A stretch of 64,000 bases of DNA from Octopus vulgaris (Eukaryota). Shown one piece after another: positions 26,200 to 39,573 of the stretch. The stretch is taken from assembly GCA_951406725.2 (NCBI GenBank), contig OX597816.1, forward strand, positions 53,258,001 to 53,322,000. Reading direction: 5' to 3'. How positions within the stretch are numbered: the stretch's first letter is position 1; each line of letters opens with the position of its first letter. The position numbers were made by a program, and so were the translations under genes. The notes beneath the pieces were generated by a model, which searched no databases, was not told where the DNA came from, and saw nothing but the letters and a program-made list of their open reading frames with translations.

Positions 26200-26990
26200 T
26201 ACTTTGTGGAATTTTATCAGAGTAGATTCCCTTTGATCATCTTCAACTATCAATATGGAGAAAATGTCACTGACAATGAAAACTAAATCGCACTTAATAA
26301 AATAACATCGCCCATGGTTATACATGAATTTTATGCTTAAACTTGTTAACTGATGTTCAGTACAAGGGAAAGCAAGGAACCTTTATATATTCAGAGGCTA
26401 CATAAAAAGTTCAACTTAAGAAGGTTTTCATCATCATCATCATCATCATTATCGTTTAACGTCCACTTTCCATGCTAGCATAGGTTGGACGATTTGACTG
26501 AGGGCTGGCGAACCTGATGGCTGCACCAGGCTCCAATCTTGATCTGGCAGAGTTTTAACAGCTGGATGCCCTTCCTAACGCCAACCACTCCGAAAAAAAT
26601 CAAGAAGTATAAACATAATTACAATTACTGTAAAAATGTAATTAGAAATATTAAAGAAAAAATAAAAATTTAAACTGAGTTTATAATATTATTTTTAAGA
26701 ATATAAAAACATTAGAATAAATTATACTGAGTAATTAGCAAAAAAAATGCCCTTTTATATAATTTCCAAACCTCTCCCAGTATGTTGCACAGATCCCCTT
26801 ACTAGTCTTTCTCTTAAGGCTATTTAGGTACACACCGGTTCGCCATAAAAGAATCCTTTTGTATTTTAAACAATAAACTAAAAGTGGAAGTGTTGTAAGT
26901 TCCGAAGTTCTTTTTTTAAACAAATATTCACATTGACAGCCAAGAATCAGATGGGGCAGATTAGACAGGTTTACATCACTTGTAGACAAA

Positions 26991-27365
26991 TCTATTATAT
27001 AAAATCCGTTCTGTCTGTCTGTGTGTGTGTGTGTCTTCTAGGATCTCGGGCATCCTCCATCCGATTCCACTCAAATTTGATGTGTAGATACCGACGGTAT
27101 CAGGGCGTGTATAAGTCTTGAAAAAATTACACAAATCGATTCCAGGTGAGAATGTGATCGATAAAGTGAACAAAATCGTTTTTCTTTTGGAATAGAAAAA
27201 AAAGTCTATCTTTATTTCTTATTTTGCTGGTGTCTTAAATTTTGGTTAAATCAGTGTTTCTCAAAGGGGAAGCCTATGGGACGGTTGGACAAGTTGTTTT
27301 GAGAAAATTTGGCTTAAATGTTTGACAACTCAGCACCGTCCACTGGACGGGGTGCGTTTTGCTTG
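26991..27365 (+). mobile_element. Non-autonomous Helitron
   Basis: A|TCTATTATATAAAA 5' end, 3' hairpin CCGTCCA-C-TGGACGG, then CTTG|T (a CTRR variant). Confidence 0.7.
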
Positions 27366-27555
27366 TTGAACATAAAGTGAAACCAGGATCATACAAAGCT
27401 ACACAAACGACTTTTCTCTATCAAATTTTTGAAATGTCACTTGTTGTAATAGAAGAAACTGCTACATATTTCTTGGCATAAATATCAGCATGCATCATGT
27501 ATAACCCACAACAGTAAAGAATTGGAATATTTTTAATTAGGAATATTTTTAATAT

Positions 27556-27727
27556 AGGCGCAGGAGTGGCTGTGTGGTAAGTAGCTTGCTAACCAACCAC
27601 ATGGTTCCGGGTTCAGTTCCACTGCGTGGCATCTTGGGCAAGTGTCTTCTGCTGTAGCCCCGGGCTGACCAATGCCTTGTGAGTGGATTTGGTAGACGGA
27701 AACTGAAAGAAGCTTGTCGTATATATG

Positions 27728-27760
<33 letters not shown>

Positions 27761-27960
27761 ATGTCTGTGTTTGTCCCCCTAGCATTGCTTGACAACCGAT
27801 GCTGGTGTGTTTATGTCCCCGTCACTTAGCAGTTTAGTAAAAGAGACCGATAGAATAAGTACTGGGCTTAAAAAGAATAAGTCCCGGGGTCGATTTGCTC
27901 GACTAAAGGCGGTGCTCCAGCATGGCCGCAGTCAAATGACTGAAACAAGTAAAAGAAAGA
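27556..27960 (+). mobile_element. SINE family A
   Basis: Full-length copy. Confidence 0.85.
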
Positions 27961-28344
27961 AAAAAAGAAAGATAAAAGAAAGAAAGGCTAAATAAGGGCA
28001 ATTGTACCTTCAAGGTAAATATGCTTTCCTCAAGTGACAAAGTAAATCATTTTTGTTATTCCATGGTTTCTTAGAATTCATTACATATGCTGCAAACTAT
28101 ATTGGAACAGCATGGATGCCATTAGCTTCTGTTGCTCCAGTTGTTCAAGAAGATGAAAACATTTACTGTTTTAACATATTGCACTTGAGAAACGTTTTAT
28201 TTTCTTACCAACTGAATGAATCTTTCATTTTTTTTTTTTTTTAAATGGTATATTAAAACAAAACATTGATTCATTTGAAACAATTGCCAAAAGAAGTCTT
28301 TTGCTCTAGTTTATGGTTCTGAATTTTACTATTTGTCAGCCAGA

Positions 28345-28621
28345 GGCTCATAAGTGCCTGTTTCCCAGTTTCCTTAGCATATAGGTTCCCCACCTGGACG
28401 GGACGCCGGTCCGTCGCAGGTGAGCTGCAAGATGCAGGAGGAAAGAGTGAGAGAAAGTTATGGCAAAAGAGTCAGCAGAAGTTCGCCATTACCTTCTGCC
28501 GGAGCCGCGTGAAGCTTAAGTGTTTTGCTCATAAACACATACATTACCCGGTCTGAGATTCAAACCCACGATCCCTCGACCACGAGTCCACTGCTCGAAC
28601 CACTAGGCCATGTGCCTCCAC
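28345..28621 (-). mobile_element. tRNA-derived SINE family C
   Basis: Closely matches 2858-3171. Confidence 0.8.
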
Positions 28622-29479
28622 TATTTTTAGATAACCACAACCAATTATTTATTTGTGTAATACCATTTACACCAGACATGTATACCCACATCATAACATC
28701 CTCTCTCTGCTATATTACACAATGAGAAAGCCTGTATGTAGTCTCATAGTCCATAAGAAATAGCAGCTGAACCTTCCTCAATGCATCTGCTACCAAAGAA
28801 GGGTACATAAAAGAAAATAGTTTTAGGTGACCCAGTAAAGACAGAATCATCATGTCTAGAATGTCTTTGATCATTGCCTTGGGGACCATCAACCCCTGAT
28901 GGAGTTGTAATGGTACTGTTAATACATACAGCAAGTCCTAGGTACTTTGAGATTAGCAGAAGCTCATCCCTTTCCAGATCTGATCACAGGATTTTTTTAT
29001 TAACTTCACCTAGAGTTAAACAATAACAGGAGTAGGTCTAAATGAAGAATCCTCACCCATCTATTATTTTCTGTATCTATTCTGTTCAAATCAATCCAGT
29101 ATTATCATATGATCACAATTTATACTCTTATTTATCATGATGAGAGAATGAATCTATAATACAGTAAATTTCATGTTTCACCCCAGCGTCACCTCTACTT
29201 ACACAATATAACTTCATTGTCTCAGATCTTACTTGGTTTTCATGTGTCACACAACATACCACCTCCTACAAACTAATAAAACCTCCTCACCTACATTCCC
29301 TCATCCATTCACATTATATTGCATTATATTTTTCTACTTGTATAACTGGATGTAGGTATGGCTGCATGGTCAAGAAGTGGGTACTTTCTAACTAAGTGGG
29401 TGGTAAACTTAGACCATTGTCCAGATTAATTACATCACATGATCCTTGGGTGTTTTTAGTAGAGTCCACTCCAGTTCAC

Positions 29480-29690
29480 TCAGTTGTAGAAATAAGCTGC
29501 AATGTCACTGGTGCCAAGCCGTATCAGCCTTTGCCTTCTGCTTAGATAACATCGAAAAGGGGAAGCTAGTATGCATGGGTGACTGCTGGTCTTCTATAAA
29601 CAACCTTGCCCGGACTTGTGCCTCAGAGGGGAATTTTCTTGATGCAATCCCATGGTCATTTATGACCGAGTGGGGTTGACCCTTACTCTG
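29480..29690 (+). mobile_element. Dispersed repeat, RTE-5'UTR/Ceph-domain-like (related copies at about 51480-51620 and 59790-59950)
   Basis: Shared TCACTGGTGCCAAG..GCATGGG.GACTGCTGGTCTTC motif at three loci. Family assignment is from memory only. Confidence 0.5.
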
Positions 29691-30371
29691 GATGCAACCA
29701 TCCTGGCCAGATCTCCATTTTAAAGATATCTTCTTCCAGCCCTTTACCTCACAATTCTCAAAAGCTCAGTAAAAAGTTATAGGTGTTGCCTGTTCCTTCA
29801 AATTAAAAATAAATTCTACGGCATAATACTTTAAGCAAGAGTCTTCAAACATAGCCTCCAGTCATTTAAAGTCTTGTGAATGAAATTTGGTTCATGAAAA
29901 GAACCCTGTTTCCATTTGTATTCATAGATGGTAGACTTAATCTATCATCCAGATAAACAGTACCACTTAGTTCTTGGATGGGTATTTTAGCAGAGCCCAC
30001 TTTATTTTACACATTCAAACTAGATCTCCTGTCTGAAGATAACTTACACCCCAGCCTTCCCATCAGGCTCAAAGACCCTAAAATGGTCGTGGATACTGAC
30101 CTTTCTGCCTCCAAGAAATCATGTAACAATTAATTGAAAAAAGTAACTGAAATTTTATGCCTTTTATACTTTTACTACCTTGTTGTTGTTTCAATCTTAT
30201 TTGTAACCAATCTTTCTTATTATCTATCAATAATGTGTGTCCAGTGAACCATGCTCAGCTTGTTCCACTTCATTTGTTACAGATCCTCTATATGTATAGT
30301 CTACATTTCAAAGAAATACTGAATGTCATTTCTTGTGTATAACTCAAGAAGTTTGCTTTTGTATACACACA

Positions 30372-30405
<34 letters not shown>

Positions 30406-30446
30406 GATAGACAGAGACAGACAGACAGGTATTTTTCTATAGTAAA

Positions 30447-31645
30447 CAGGAGTGGCCGTGTGGGAAGTAGCTTGCTTACCAACCACATGGTTTTGCATTC
30501 AGTTCCACTGCGTGGCACCTTGGGCAAGTGTTATCTACTATAGCCTCGGGCTGACCAAAGCCTTGTGAGTAGATCTGGTAGACGGAAACTGAAAGAAGCC
30601 CATTGTATATATGTATATATATATGTGTGTGTGTATAAGTCTGTGTGTCTGTGTTTGTCCCCCCAACATCACTTGACAACCGATGCTGGTGTGTTTACGT
30701 CCCCGTAACTTAGTAGTTCGGCAAAAGAGACCAATAGAATAAGTACTAGGCTTACAAAGAAAAAGTTCTGGGATCGATTTGCTCAACTAAAGGTGGTGCT
30801 CCAGCATGGCCACAATCAAACGACTGAAACAAATAAAAGAGTAAAAGAGATATAAATTAAAAAGGGATCTCTATCAATTTTGACAATGATGGCTCTTACA
30901 CACTTCCTATGAAGTGTTTGAGTAATCGCTGTTGAAAAATAAATTTAAATCCATTATTACTTCATATCTATTATTAGCAACTAAAAGATGCCTTTCTCAA
31001 TATGAAAAGCAAAAACACATTATTCAATCAACTGAATATATTTACTCAACGAATAAGCATGTGACTGAACACAATCTCAGGCACTTGTACTCTTAGTTTA
31101 ATTTTCAGGCAGAATCAACATAACACAGTTTCTCTTCACCCTGTTTTCCTCACAATGCTTGTTTTCATCACAAGGTTGGTGTAAAAGACACATTACAGAA
31201 GAGGTTACTCAGTAGGTGCAGGAGTGGCTGTGTGGTAAGTAGCTTGTTTACCAACCACATCATCTGGGTTCATTCCAACCACATCATTCTGGGTTCATTC
31301 CCACTGCATGGCACCTTGGGCAAGTGCCTTCTACTATAGCCTCGGGCCGACCAAAGCCTTGTAGAGTGGATTTGGTAGACAGAAACTGAAAGAAGCCAGT
31401 CATATATATGTGTGTGTATATATATATATGTGTGTATGTATGCGTGTGTATATGTTTGTGTGTCTGTGTTTGTTCCCCCAACATCGCTTGACAACCGATG
31501 TTGTCCGATAGAATAAGTACTATTAGAGACCGATAGAATAAGTATTAGGCTTCCAAAGAATAAGTCCTGGGGTCGATATGCCCGACTAAAAGCTATGCTC
31601 CAGCATGGCCACAGTAAAATGACTGAAACAAGTAAAAGAGTAAAA
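30447..31645 (+). mobile_element. Two SINE family A copies (30447-30850, 31213-31645)
   Basis: Family A motifs. The second copy has short internal duplications. Confidence 0.85.
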
Positions 31646-32194
31646 CTCAACCTTGGAACTTGTGATTCTCAAGCAAAATAGATATAACAATTTCTTAAAT
31701 GTATTCCATTCTGTCAAGGCCTTATCCTTTATGGTGTCTCTAATTCTACTTTCAGTATTATTTAATCAAATTGCCAGGACATTGTTTAACCCAGGGGTCA
31801 ACCCTGATTAAGCAATTTTATGATCAAAAACATTCCAAACATGACCAATCCATATTTTTAACTATACACAAGAGTATGTTATCTACTGTCATTATCCCCT
31901 GTTTAAGATGGATGTGTGAGCTAAAGAAAGTTAGAGTGCTATTTCTAGCAGTCTGAGTGACCACATACATATCCTCTGAAATACTAGTATATTTCAGGCA
32001 AGCTGAGTTCCAGATTCAATTTGGATTCTACTTGTAACTATTCCTGTTAATCATTAGCATCAACATTACAACATCAATTCTCTCCATAATGAATTCTAAA
32101 GGTGATAAAGCTAATCCTTCATTCATAGATATTTCAGTTTACCAAAAGAGAAATTAGTATAATGGCACTCATTGACCAAAAATACTGACATGAA

Positions 32195-32320
32195 GGTTTG
32201 GTTATGCATTGTGTTGACTCTGTCAATGCTTCTCTACAGCAGTGAAACCTGGAAAATGTTAGCCAAGGCAGCCAAGGAACTGGACACATTCTACCAATGA
32301 TGTCAATAGAAGATCCTCAT
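32195..32320 (+). mobile_element. Small degraded RTE RT C-terminal fragment
   Basis: MLLYSSETWKMLAKAAKELDTFYQ*CQ*KIL resembles LLYGSETW..LDxFHxxCLRKIL. Confidence 0.6.
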
Positions 32321-32361
32321 AATTATTTGGTATTATATAATTACAAATGAAGAAATCATTT

Positions 32362-32980
32362 CATCATCATCATCATCATCGTTTAATGTCCGCTTTCCAT
32401 ACTAGCATGGGTTGGATGATTTGACTGAGGACTGGCGAACCAGATGGCTGCACCAGACTCCAATCTGATCTGGCAGAGTTTCTGCAGCTGGATGCCCTTC
32501 CTAACGCCAACCACTCCGAGAGTGTAGTAGGTGCCTTTATGTGCCACTGGCACAAGGGCCAGTCAGGCAGTACTGGCAATGGCCATGCTCAAATGGTGCT
32601 TTTTATGTGCCACGTGCACAGGAGCCAGTCCAGTGGCACTGGCAACGACCTCGCTTGAATGTTTTTTCATGTGCCACCAGCACAAGCGCTAGTAAGGCGA
32701 CACAGGTAACAATCACGCTCGAATGGTGTTTTTGACGTGCCATCAGCACAGAGGCCAACTTGTTGCTCTGACCACGATCTCACTTGTAGGGTACTCTTAG
32801 CGCTCAACTACCACAGATGCCTGTCATCGAATTTGATTTCGATTTCTACTTAACTTGCCTCAACAAGTCTTCACAAGCAGAGTTTAGTGTCCAATGAAGG
32901 AAAGGCATGCATAAGTGGACTGGTTACACCCCTGGCATAGGCCACAAGGTTATGGTCTCACTTGCGCTTGCCGAGTCTTC
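32362..32980 (-). mobile_element. 5'-truncated RTE 3'UTR monomer (older subfamily)
   Basis: Runs from GAAGACTCGGCAAG through diverged ~60-bp modules to the (GAT)n tail on minus. Confidence 0.75.
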
Positions 32981-33511
32981 AGTTTTACCCTGGTAGGCCA
33001 TATTTTGCATCTGCCAGTTATTCAACATGCAAAGACTGCAAGAACAAAAATGGAAAAAGAGCAGACCCTAGAAAATATTGTGATGGACATTCCTGGGAGA
33101 CTTCAAATGCACAGCGACCTCCAAATTGACAGGCTGGAGGGAGCTTACTGCATTATCCATTTCACAATGTTAAAGAGCCCATGTCTAAATAAGTATGACC
33201 TAAAGCTTAAATCAGATATTAAAACTTCAACGTTGAGCATTTTAAATAAATACTCTATGTAAGAAATCAATTAGAAACAGTCAGAATATGCTGTATAAAT
33301 TACACACTAGTTAGGAAACTTAAAAGAATATCTGGCTAAAAAAAAAAAATCAGTTTTCTCAGAATGTAAAAGTTATATAATAGAGTTAAGCAACAGAATT
33401 TTGGAGCCATATCGATGATTTGTGTTGACAAAATGTAATGCAAATAGTTTAAATAATGGAATACGTTATATGCTGCAAAGATTATCAAAACTTTAATGAT
33501 ATTTATAAACT

Positions 33512-33685
33512 AGGAGTGGCTGTGTGGTAAGTAGCTTGCTTACCAGCCACATGGTTCTGAGTTCAGTCCCACTGCATGGCACCTTGGGCAAGTGCCTTCT
33601 ACTATAGCCTCGGGCTGACCAAAGCCTTGTGAGTGGATTTGGTAGACAGAAACTGAAAGAAGCCCATCGTATATATGTGTGTGTG

Positions 33686-33720
<35 letters not shown>

Positions 33721-33935
33721 AGGTATGTGTGTGTTTGTCCCCCCAACATTGCTTGACAACCAATGCTGGTGTGTTTACATCCCCATAACTTAGCAGTTCG
33801 GCAAAAGAGACCGATAGAATAAGTACTAGGCTTCCAAAGAATAAGTTCCGGGGTCGATATGCTTGATTAAAGGTGGTGCTCCAGCATAGCTGCAGTCAAA
33901 TGACTGAAACAAGTAAAAGAGTAAAAGGGTAAGAG
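33512..33935 (+). mobile_element. SINE family A
   Basis: Full-length copy. Confidence 0.85.
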
Positions 33936-34248
33936 TAACCACATACTTCAGATATTGACTTTAGAATATAAGTTAGGTATTTCCTTGTGATTTTATTCTC
34001 CTCAGCCCGCTTCTGTTTAGTCTGATCTTGAAAAGCAGTGGTGATGTGTGTTGAGCAAAAATTTAATGCAAATAATTCAAAAAGAGAAATAGATTTTATA
34101 CCATGAAGGTGATCAAATATTTAATGATTAGCTGCAAACCACACACTACAAATATTGAATTTAAAGTGAAATTTAGTGTTTCCTCTTCGTTTTGTTTACA
34201 GTCCACTTTTACGCAGTATAATACGTAATGATATAATAATTTAACAAT

Positions 34249-34480
34249 GGCGGTGAGCTGGCAGAAACATTAGCACGCTGGGCGAAATGTGTAGCCGTAT
34301 TTCGTCTGCCATTACATTCTGAGTTCAAATTCCACCGAGGTCGACTTTGCCTTTCATCCTTGCGGGGTCGATAAATTGAGTACCAGTTACGCACTGGAAT
34401 TGATGTAATCGACTTATTCCGTTTGTCTGTCCTTGTTTGTCCCCTCTGTGTTTAGCCCCTTGTGGGCAATAAAGAAATAG
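34249..34480 (+). mobile_element. SINE family B
   Basis: Full-length, with a TSD of about 16 bp, GATATAATAATTTAAC. Confidence 0.85.
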
Positions 34481-34494
34481 ATATAATAATTTAA

Positions 34495-34714
34495 CCCTTA
34501 AACCTTCAGATTACGATATCAAATGTAATGCTTATTTATTAACATTGTTTTGAATTAATCATGCATTATCTTATAGCTTATAGATTCCAAAGATGTATTT
34601 GTTAATTTTTAGAATGACATTGCAGGGTAGATGTAAGATACCAGATCTGGTCATTTTAAACATAAAACAGGTAGAACATTTGGGCCAGATATGACCAGTT
34701 TAAATGCTAAATGG
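34495..34714. mobile_element. piggyBac-like MITE
   Basis: TTAA|CCCTTA ... TAAATGG|TTAA, giving TTAA TSDs. Confidence 0.55.
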
Positions 34715-34862
34715 TTAAAAAGTTCTAGACAGATTGTCATCAGGAACTTTTATATGCTTGTGGTTTGACTCGCATTGAAGAATCTGTCTACAAGTCACAG
34801 AATATTTATCCAAACTATTTCAGTACAAAACATATACCTACAAAACACACTCATACTTGTGA

Positions 34863-34893
<31 letters not shown>

Positions 34894-35933
34894 CACATAC
34901 ACCAGAGAAACCATGAAACTGGCCTTACACTCATTATGGGTTAATATGAAATTTTACACTGAATATAATTTTACAATAAACCTTGAAATGTCAATTAGAC
35001 TAATTTAGATTTCTGACCTATGGCATGACTGTAGAGCAATTTGTTATACTATATCCATGATAGAATGTTAAGCAGTGTGGCTAACTTTTTTCCCTATGGT
35101 GGTATTCAGTTTAGTTTCAAAAATTAGAAATTAAAATAATCAATCAGTGTGATTAGATAATTATGCACATTCATTGAGGTTTGTAATTGACAGAAAGCCA
35201 GGATTTTAGGTGTGCTTGAATAGTCAGCAGCAGGAAAACATATGGGATGAAGAGTGTAAATTACTCAGTTGTCATATGGTGTGCATTTGTTTTACATCCA
35301 TTTTTCTTTGCTAGCATGGGTTGGAAGAGTACTTCTTTGAGGTAATATTTCACTACTAGTTACTTTTCCCATCACTAACCCTTATTTTGTTTTATATGTA
35401 AGGGATAATTTTACAGCTCTGCTTTGAGTGCGCAGGTCTATGGGATCTGCGGAAAATGAACGCAAAATTCTTCATTCTTCTTTTAACCAGTTTAACCAAG
35501 ATTTGATTCATCTGCTGATTAGTAACATTAAAACTGACAAATTGCATTAAAAGACCTTTAGGAATGCAAACATGAACTCATCATTTTTTTTTTCTGCTCA
35601 GCCAATCTCTTACAATGTGTAACAACAACTTTTGTGCATACATACACATGCACACTCAAACATATGCACACACATAAATCTTTTGTCTCTTTTTATCTTA
35701 TATTTGCCTCAGTCATTAGACTGCAGCCATGCATTGAAGAATTTTTATTTGAACAAATTGACCCCAGTACTTGTTCCCTGTTAAGCCTGATACTTAATCT
35801 ATCGATCTCTTTTGCCAAACTGCTAAGTTATGGAGACATGAACACACTAACATAGGTTGTCAAGCAGTGGTGAGGAACAAACATAGACACACACACATAT
35901 ATATACACATACGTATATATACACATACAACAG

Positions 35934-36026
35934 CCCACAGGCATATGGCATAGTGGTTAAGAGCGCAGGCTACTAACCCTAAGATTCCGAGTTTGATTCC
36001 AAGCAGTGACCTGAACAATAACACTC

Positions 36027-36060
<34 letters not shown>

Positions 36061-36230
36061 CATTGAAAAATACCTTAGGAATGAGAACCTAGGTTTGAAA
36101 TTTCTCCAAGACACTTGAAGAAGGCTGGAGGGTATATCAGCCAAAACGTGTTAACAACAAACAAGATGAGGACAAATAGCCATTGAATGTAAATAATGTA
36201 CATGATTCCTCATCTCTTAAATATAGAACT
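35934..36230 (+). mobile_element. tRNA-headed SINE with (AAT)n linker and hammerhead-like 3' half, nested in a minus-strand family A SINE
   Basis: A-box TGGCATAGTGG, B-box GAGTTTGATTCC, and 9-bp TSD ATACAACAG at 35925-35933 and 36231-36239. Confidence 0.75.
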
Positions 36231-37264
36231 ATACAACAGGCTACTTTCAATTTCTGCCAACCAAAACCACTCACAAGGCTTTGGCCAAGACTATAATTGA
36301 AGACACTTGCTCAAGGTGCTATGTAGTAGGACTGAACCTGGAAGCATGTGGTTGGGAAGCAAATTTCTTACCACACAGCCACTTCCTTCAGTGTCCATCT
36401 ATACTTCCATTCAAAGTATTGGTCAGCTTGAGACAATAGTAGAATACACTCACCCAATATGCTGCACAGTCAGATTAAATATAAACCTGTGATTGTGAAG
36501 CAAACTTTTTGGGCCAAGCAGTCATTCTATTCTTGCGTCTATGAATATAGGTGATAGTTGCTCTTAGCTAAGTAATCTAATTAGTATTGATGGTGATTGG
36601 AATGAATTGTAAGGAAGAAATTCAGGAAAATGCTGTCACAGCGAACCAGAAAAGAAATTTCACTTCTCTACCAAATACAGACATTTCAAAGCATATATAA
36701 AAAGTGTGACACAGCATGGTAGTGAGACAAGGACTGTAGATGAGGAATAGCTGTAAAAGCAAGTGATAAATGAATTGTTGAATGAATAATGTTAATTTGC
36801 TTAAGAAGTAGACAATAAAACTGAAGAAATCCAGGAAACGGTTGTCAGACATTATGAAGTATATATATAAAAAAGCATGACACAGCATGGTAGCAAGACA
36901 GGGACAGCAAATGTGGTAGAGTTGTAAAAGCTGGAGAGAAATGAACTGTTAAATGAATAATGTTAACTTTCATAAGAAACAGACAACAAAACTAGGAGAG
37001 CAGCTGTGCATCGGACACAGAAGCTGAAAGATGAATGACAGAAAACTACATTAGTAAGGTTCAAACGATACTATCAGATGAGGAGTGCTATTTAAAGAGG
37101 TATCATGTACTATTGGTGGAGATGTATATGCAAGAGAAAGATTAAGAAGGACTTGGAAGAAGTGGTAATTTCAGATATCTTGATAATGTCTCCTAAAGAA
37201 AGATAATGATGAAAGACTGAGATGATGGCTAATATTCTGTATAGTGGTACTAACCAATTCCTAA

Positions 37265-39573
37265 ACCATCAAAACAAATCAAATAGATGAACATCAGTGG
37301 AATTGTATTCTTTGTGGTACCAGTGCCGGTGGCACACAAGAAAACCACCCAAACGTGGCCGTAGCCAGTACCGCATCGACTGGCCTCCGTGCTGTGGGCA
37401 CAACAAACACCATCCGATCATGGCCGTTCGCCAGCCTCATCTGGCACCTGTGTCGGTGGCACATAAAGACACCATCCGAAGACCCGGCGACGTAGTCAGT
37501 CCACCTGTGCATACCTTCCCTCTTATGACACTTGTGAAGACCTGTTGAGGCAAGTGTGTGACACTTGTGAAGACCTGTTGAGGCAGAGGCAAGTGTGTGA
37601 CACTTGTGGAGACCTGTTGAGGCAAGTGAAAATCAAATAAAATCAAATCAAACCAAATCAAAATAGATGAACATCAATGGATTTTGTATCTTTGTGGTTC
37701 CAGTACCGGTGGCACACAAGAAAACCATCCGAACGTGGCCGTAGCCAGTACCACATCGACTGGCCTCCGTGCTGTGGGCACAACAAACACCATCTGATCG
37801 TGGCCGTTCGCCAGCCTCATCTGGCACCTGTGTCGGTGGTACATAAAAACACCATCCGAAGACCCGGCGACGTAGTCAGTCCACCTGTGCATACCTTCCC
37901 TCTTATGACACTTGTGAAGACCTGTTGAGGCAAGTGTGTGACACTTGTGAAGACCTGTTGAGGCAGAGGCAAGTGTGTGACACTTTGTGAAGACCTGTTG
38001 AGGCAGAGGCAAGTGTGTGACACTTGTGGAGACCTGTTGAGGCAAGTGTGTGACACGTGTGACACTTGTGAAGACCTGTTGAGGCAAGTGAAAATCAAAC
38101 CAAATCAAAATAGATGAACATCAATGGAATTTGTATCTTTGTGGTTCCAGTACCGGTGGCACACAAGAAAACCATCCGATCGTGGCCGTTCGCCAGCCTC
38201 ATCTGGCACCTGTGTCGGTGGCACATAAAAACACCATCCGAAGACCCGGCGACGTAGTCAGTCCACCTGTGCATACCTTCCTACTTATGACACTTGTGAA
38301 GACCTGTTGAGGCAAGTGTGTGACACTTGTGTAGACCTGTTGAGGCAAGTGAAAATCAAAAATCAAAAATCAAAATCAAATCAAACCAAATCAAAATAGA
38401 TGAACATCAATGGAATTTGTATCTTTGTGGTACCAGTACCGGTGGCACACAAGAAAACCATCCGAACGTGGCCGTAGCCAGTACCGCATCGACTGGCCTC
38501 TGTGATGTGGGCACATAACAAACACCATCCGATTGTGGCCGTCCGCCAGCCTCATCTGGCACCTGTGTCGGTGGCACATAAAGACACCAACCGAAGACCC
38601 GGCAAGACTAGTCAGGCCATAACCCGTGGCCCCTACTTGGGACGTAGTCAGTCCACCTGTGCATACCTTCCTTCCTTCTTGTGACACTTGTGAAGACCTG
38701 TGAAGACCTGTTGAGGCAAGTGAAAATCAAATCAAATCAAATCAAAATAGATGAACATCAATGGAATTTGTATCTTTGTGGTACCAGTGCCGGTGGCACA
38801 CAAGAAAACCATCCGAACGTGGCCGTAGCCAGTACCGCATCGACTGGCCTCCGTGCTGTGGGCACGCAACAAACACCATCCGATCGTGGCCGTTCGCCAG
38901 CCTCATCTGGCACCTGTGTCGGTGGCACATAAAAACACCATCCGAAGACCCGGCAAGACTAGTCAGGCCATAACCCGTGGCCCCTACCTGGGACGTAGTC
39001 AGTCCACCTGTGCATACCTTCCTTCTTGTGACACTTGTGAAGACCTGTTGAGGCAAGTGAAAATCAAATCAAATCAAAACAAATCAAAATAGATGAACAT
39101 CAATGGAATTTGTATCTTTGTGGTACCAGTGCCGGTGGCACACAAGAAAATCATCCGAACGTGGCCGTAGCCAGTACCGCATAGACTGGCCTCCGTGCTT
39201 TGGGGACGTAACAAACACCATCCGATCGTGGCCGTCCGCCAGCCTCATCTGGCACCTGTGTCGGTGGCACATAAAAACACCATCCGAGCGTGGCCGTCTG
39301 CCAGCCTCGTCTGGCACCTGTGTCGGTGGCACATAAAAACACCATCCGAGCGTGGCCGTTCGCCAGCCTCGTCTGGCACCTGTGTCGGTGGCACATAAAA
39401 TCACCCACTACACTCTCGGAGTGGTTGGCGTTAGGAAGGGCATCCAGCTGTAGAAACACTGCCAGATCTGACTGGCCTGGTGCAGCCTTCGGGCTCCCCA
39501 GACCCCAGTTGAACCGTCCAACCCATGCTAGCATGGAAAACGGACGCTAAATGATGATGATGATGATGATGAT
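37265..39573 (+). repeat. RTE 3'UTR-derived higher-order tandem array ending in the RTE 3' tail
   Basis: Unit marker ATAGATGAACATCA at 37283, 37663, 38110, 38396, 38747 and 39089. Nested ~63-bp and ~30-bp subrepeats. (GAT)n tail. Confidence 0.9.

Noticed and set aside
38325-38360. CTGTTGAG-GCAAGT-GAAA in each array unit as a hammerhead (retrozyme hypothesis)
   Set aside because: The core is CUGUUGA rather than CUGANGA, and no stem III or stem I pairing or cleavage triplet follows.
37265-39573. CRISPR-like appearance of ~30-bp and ~60-bp repeated words (also at 5070-5260)
   Set aside because: The intervening sequences are themselves repeated rather than unique spacers. The context is eukaryotic, there are no cas genes, and the array ends in a LINE tail.
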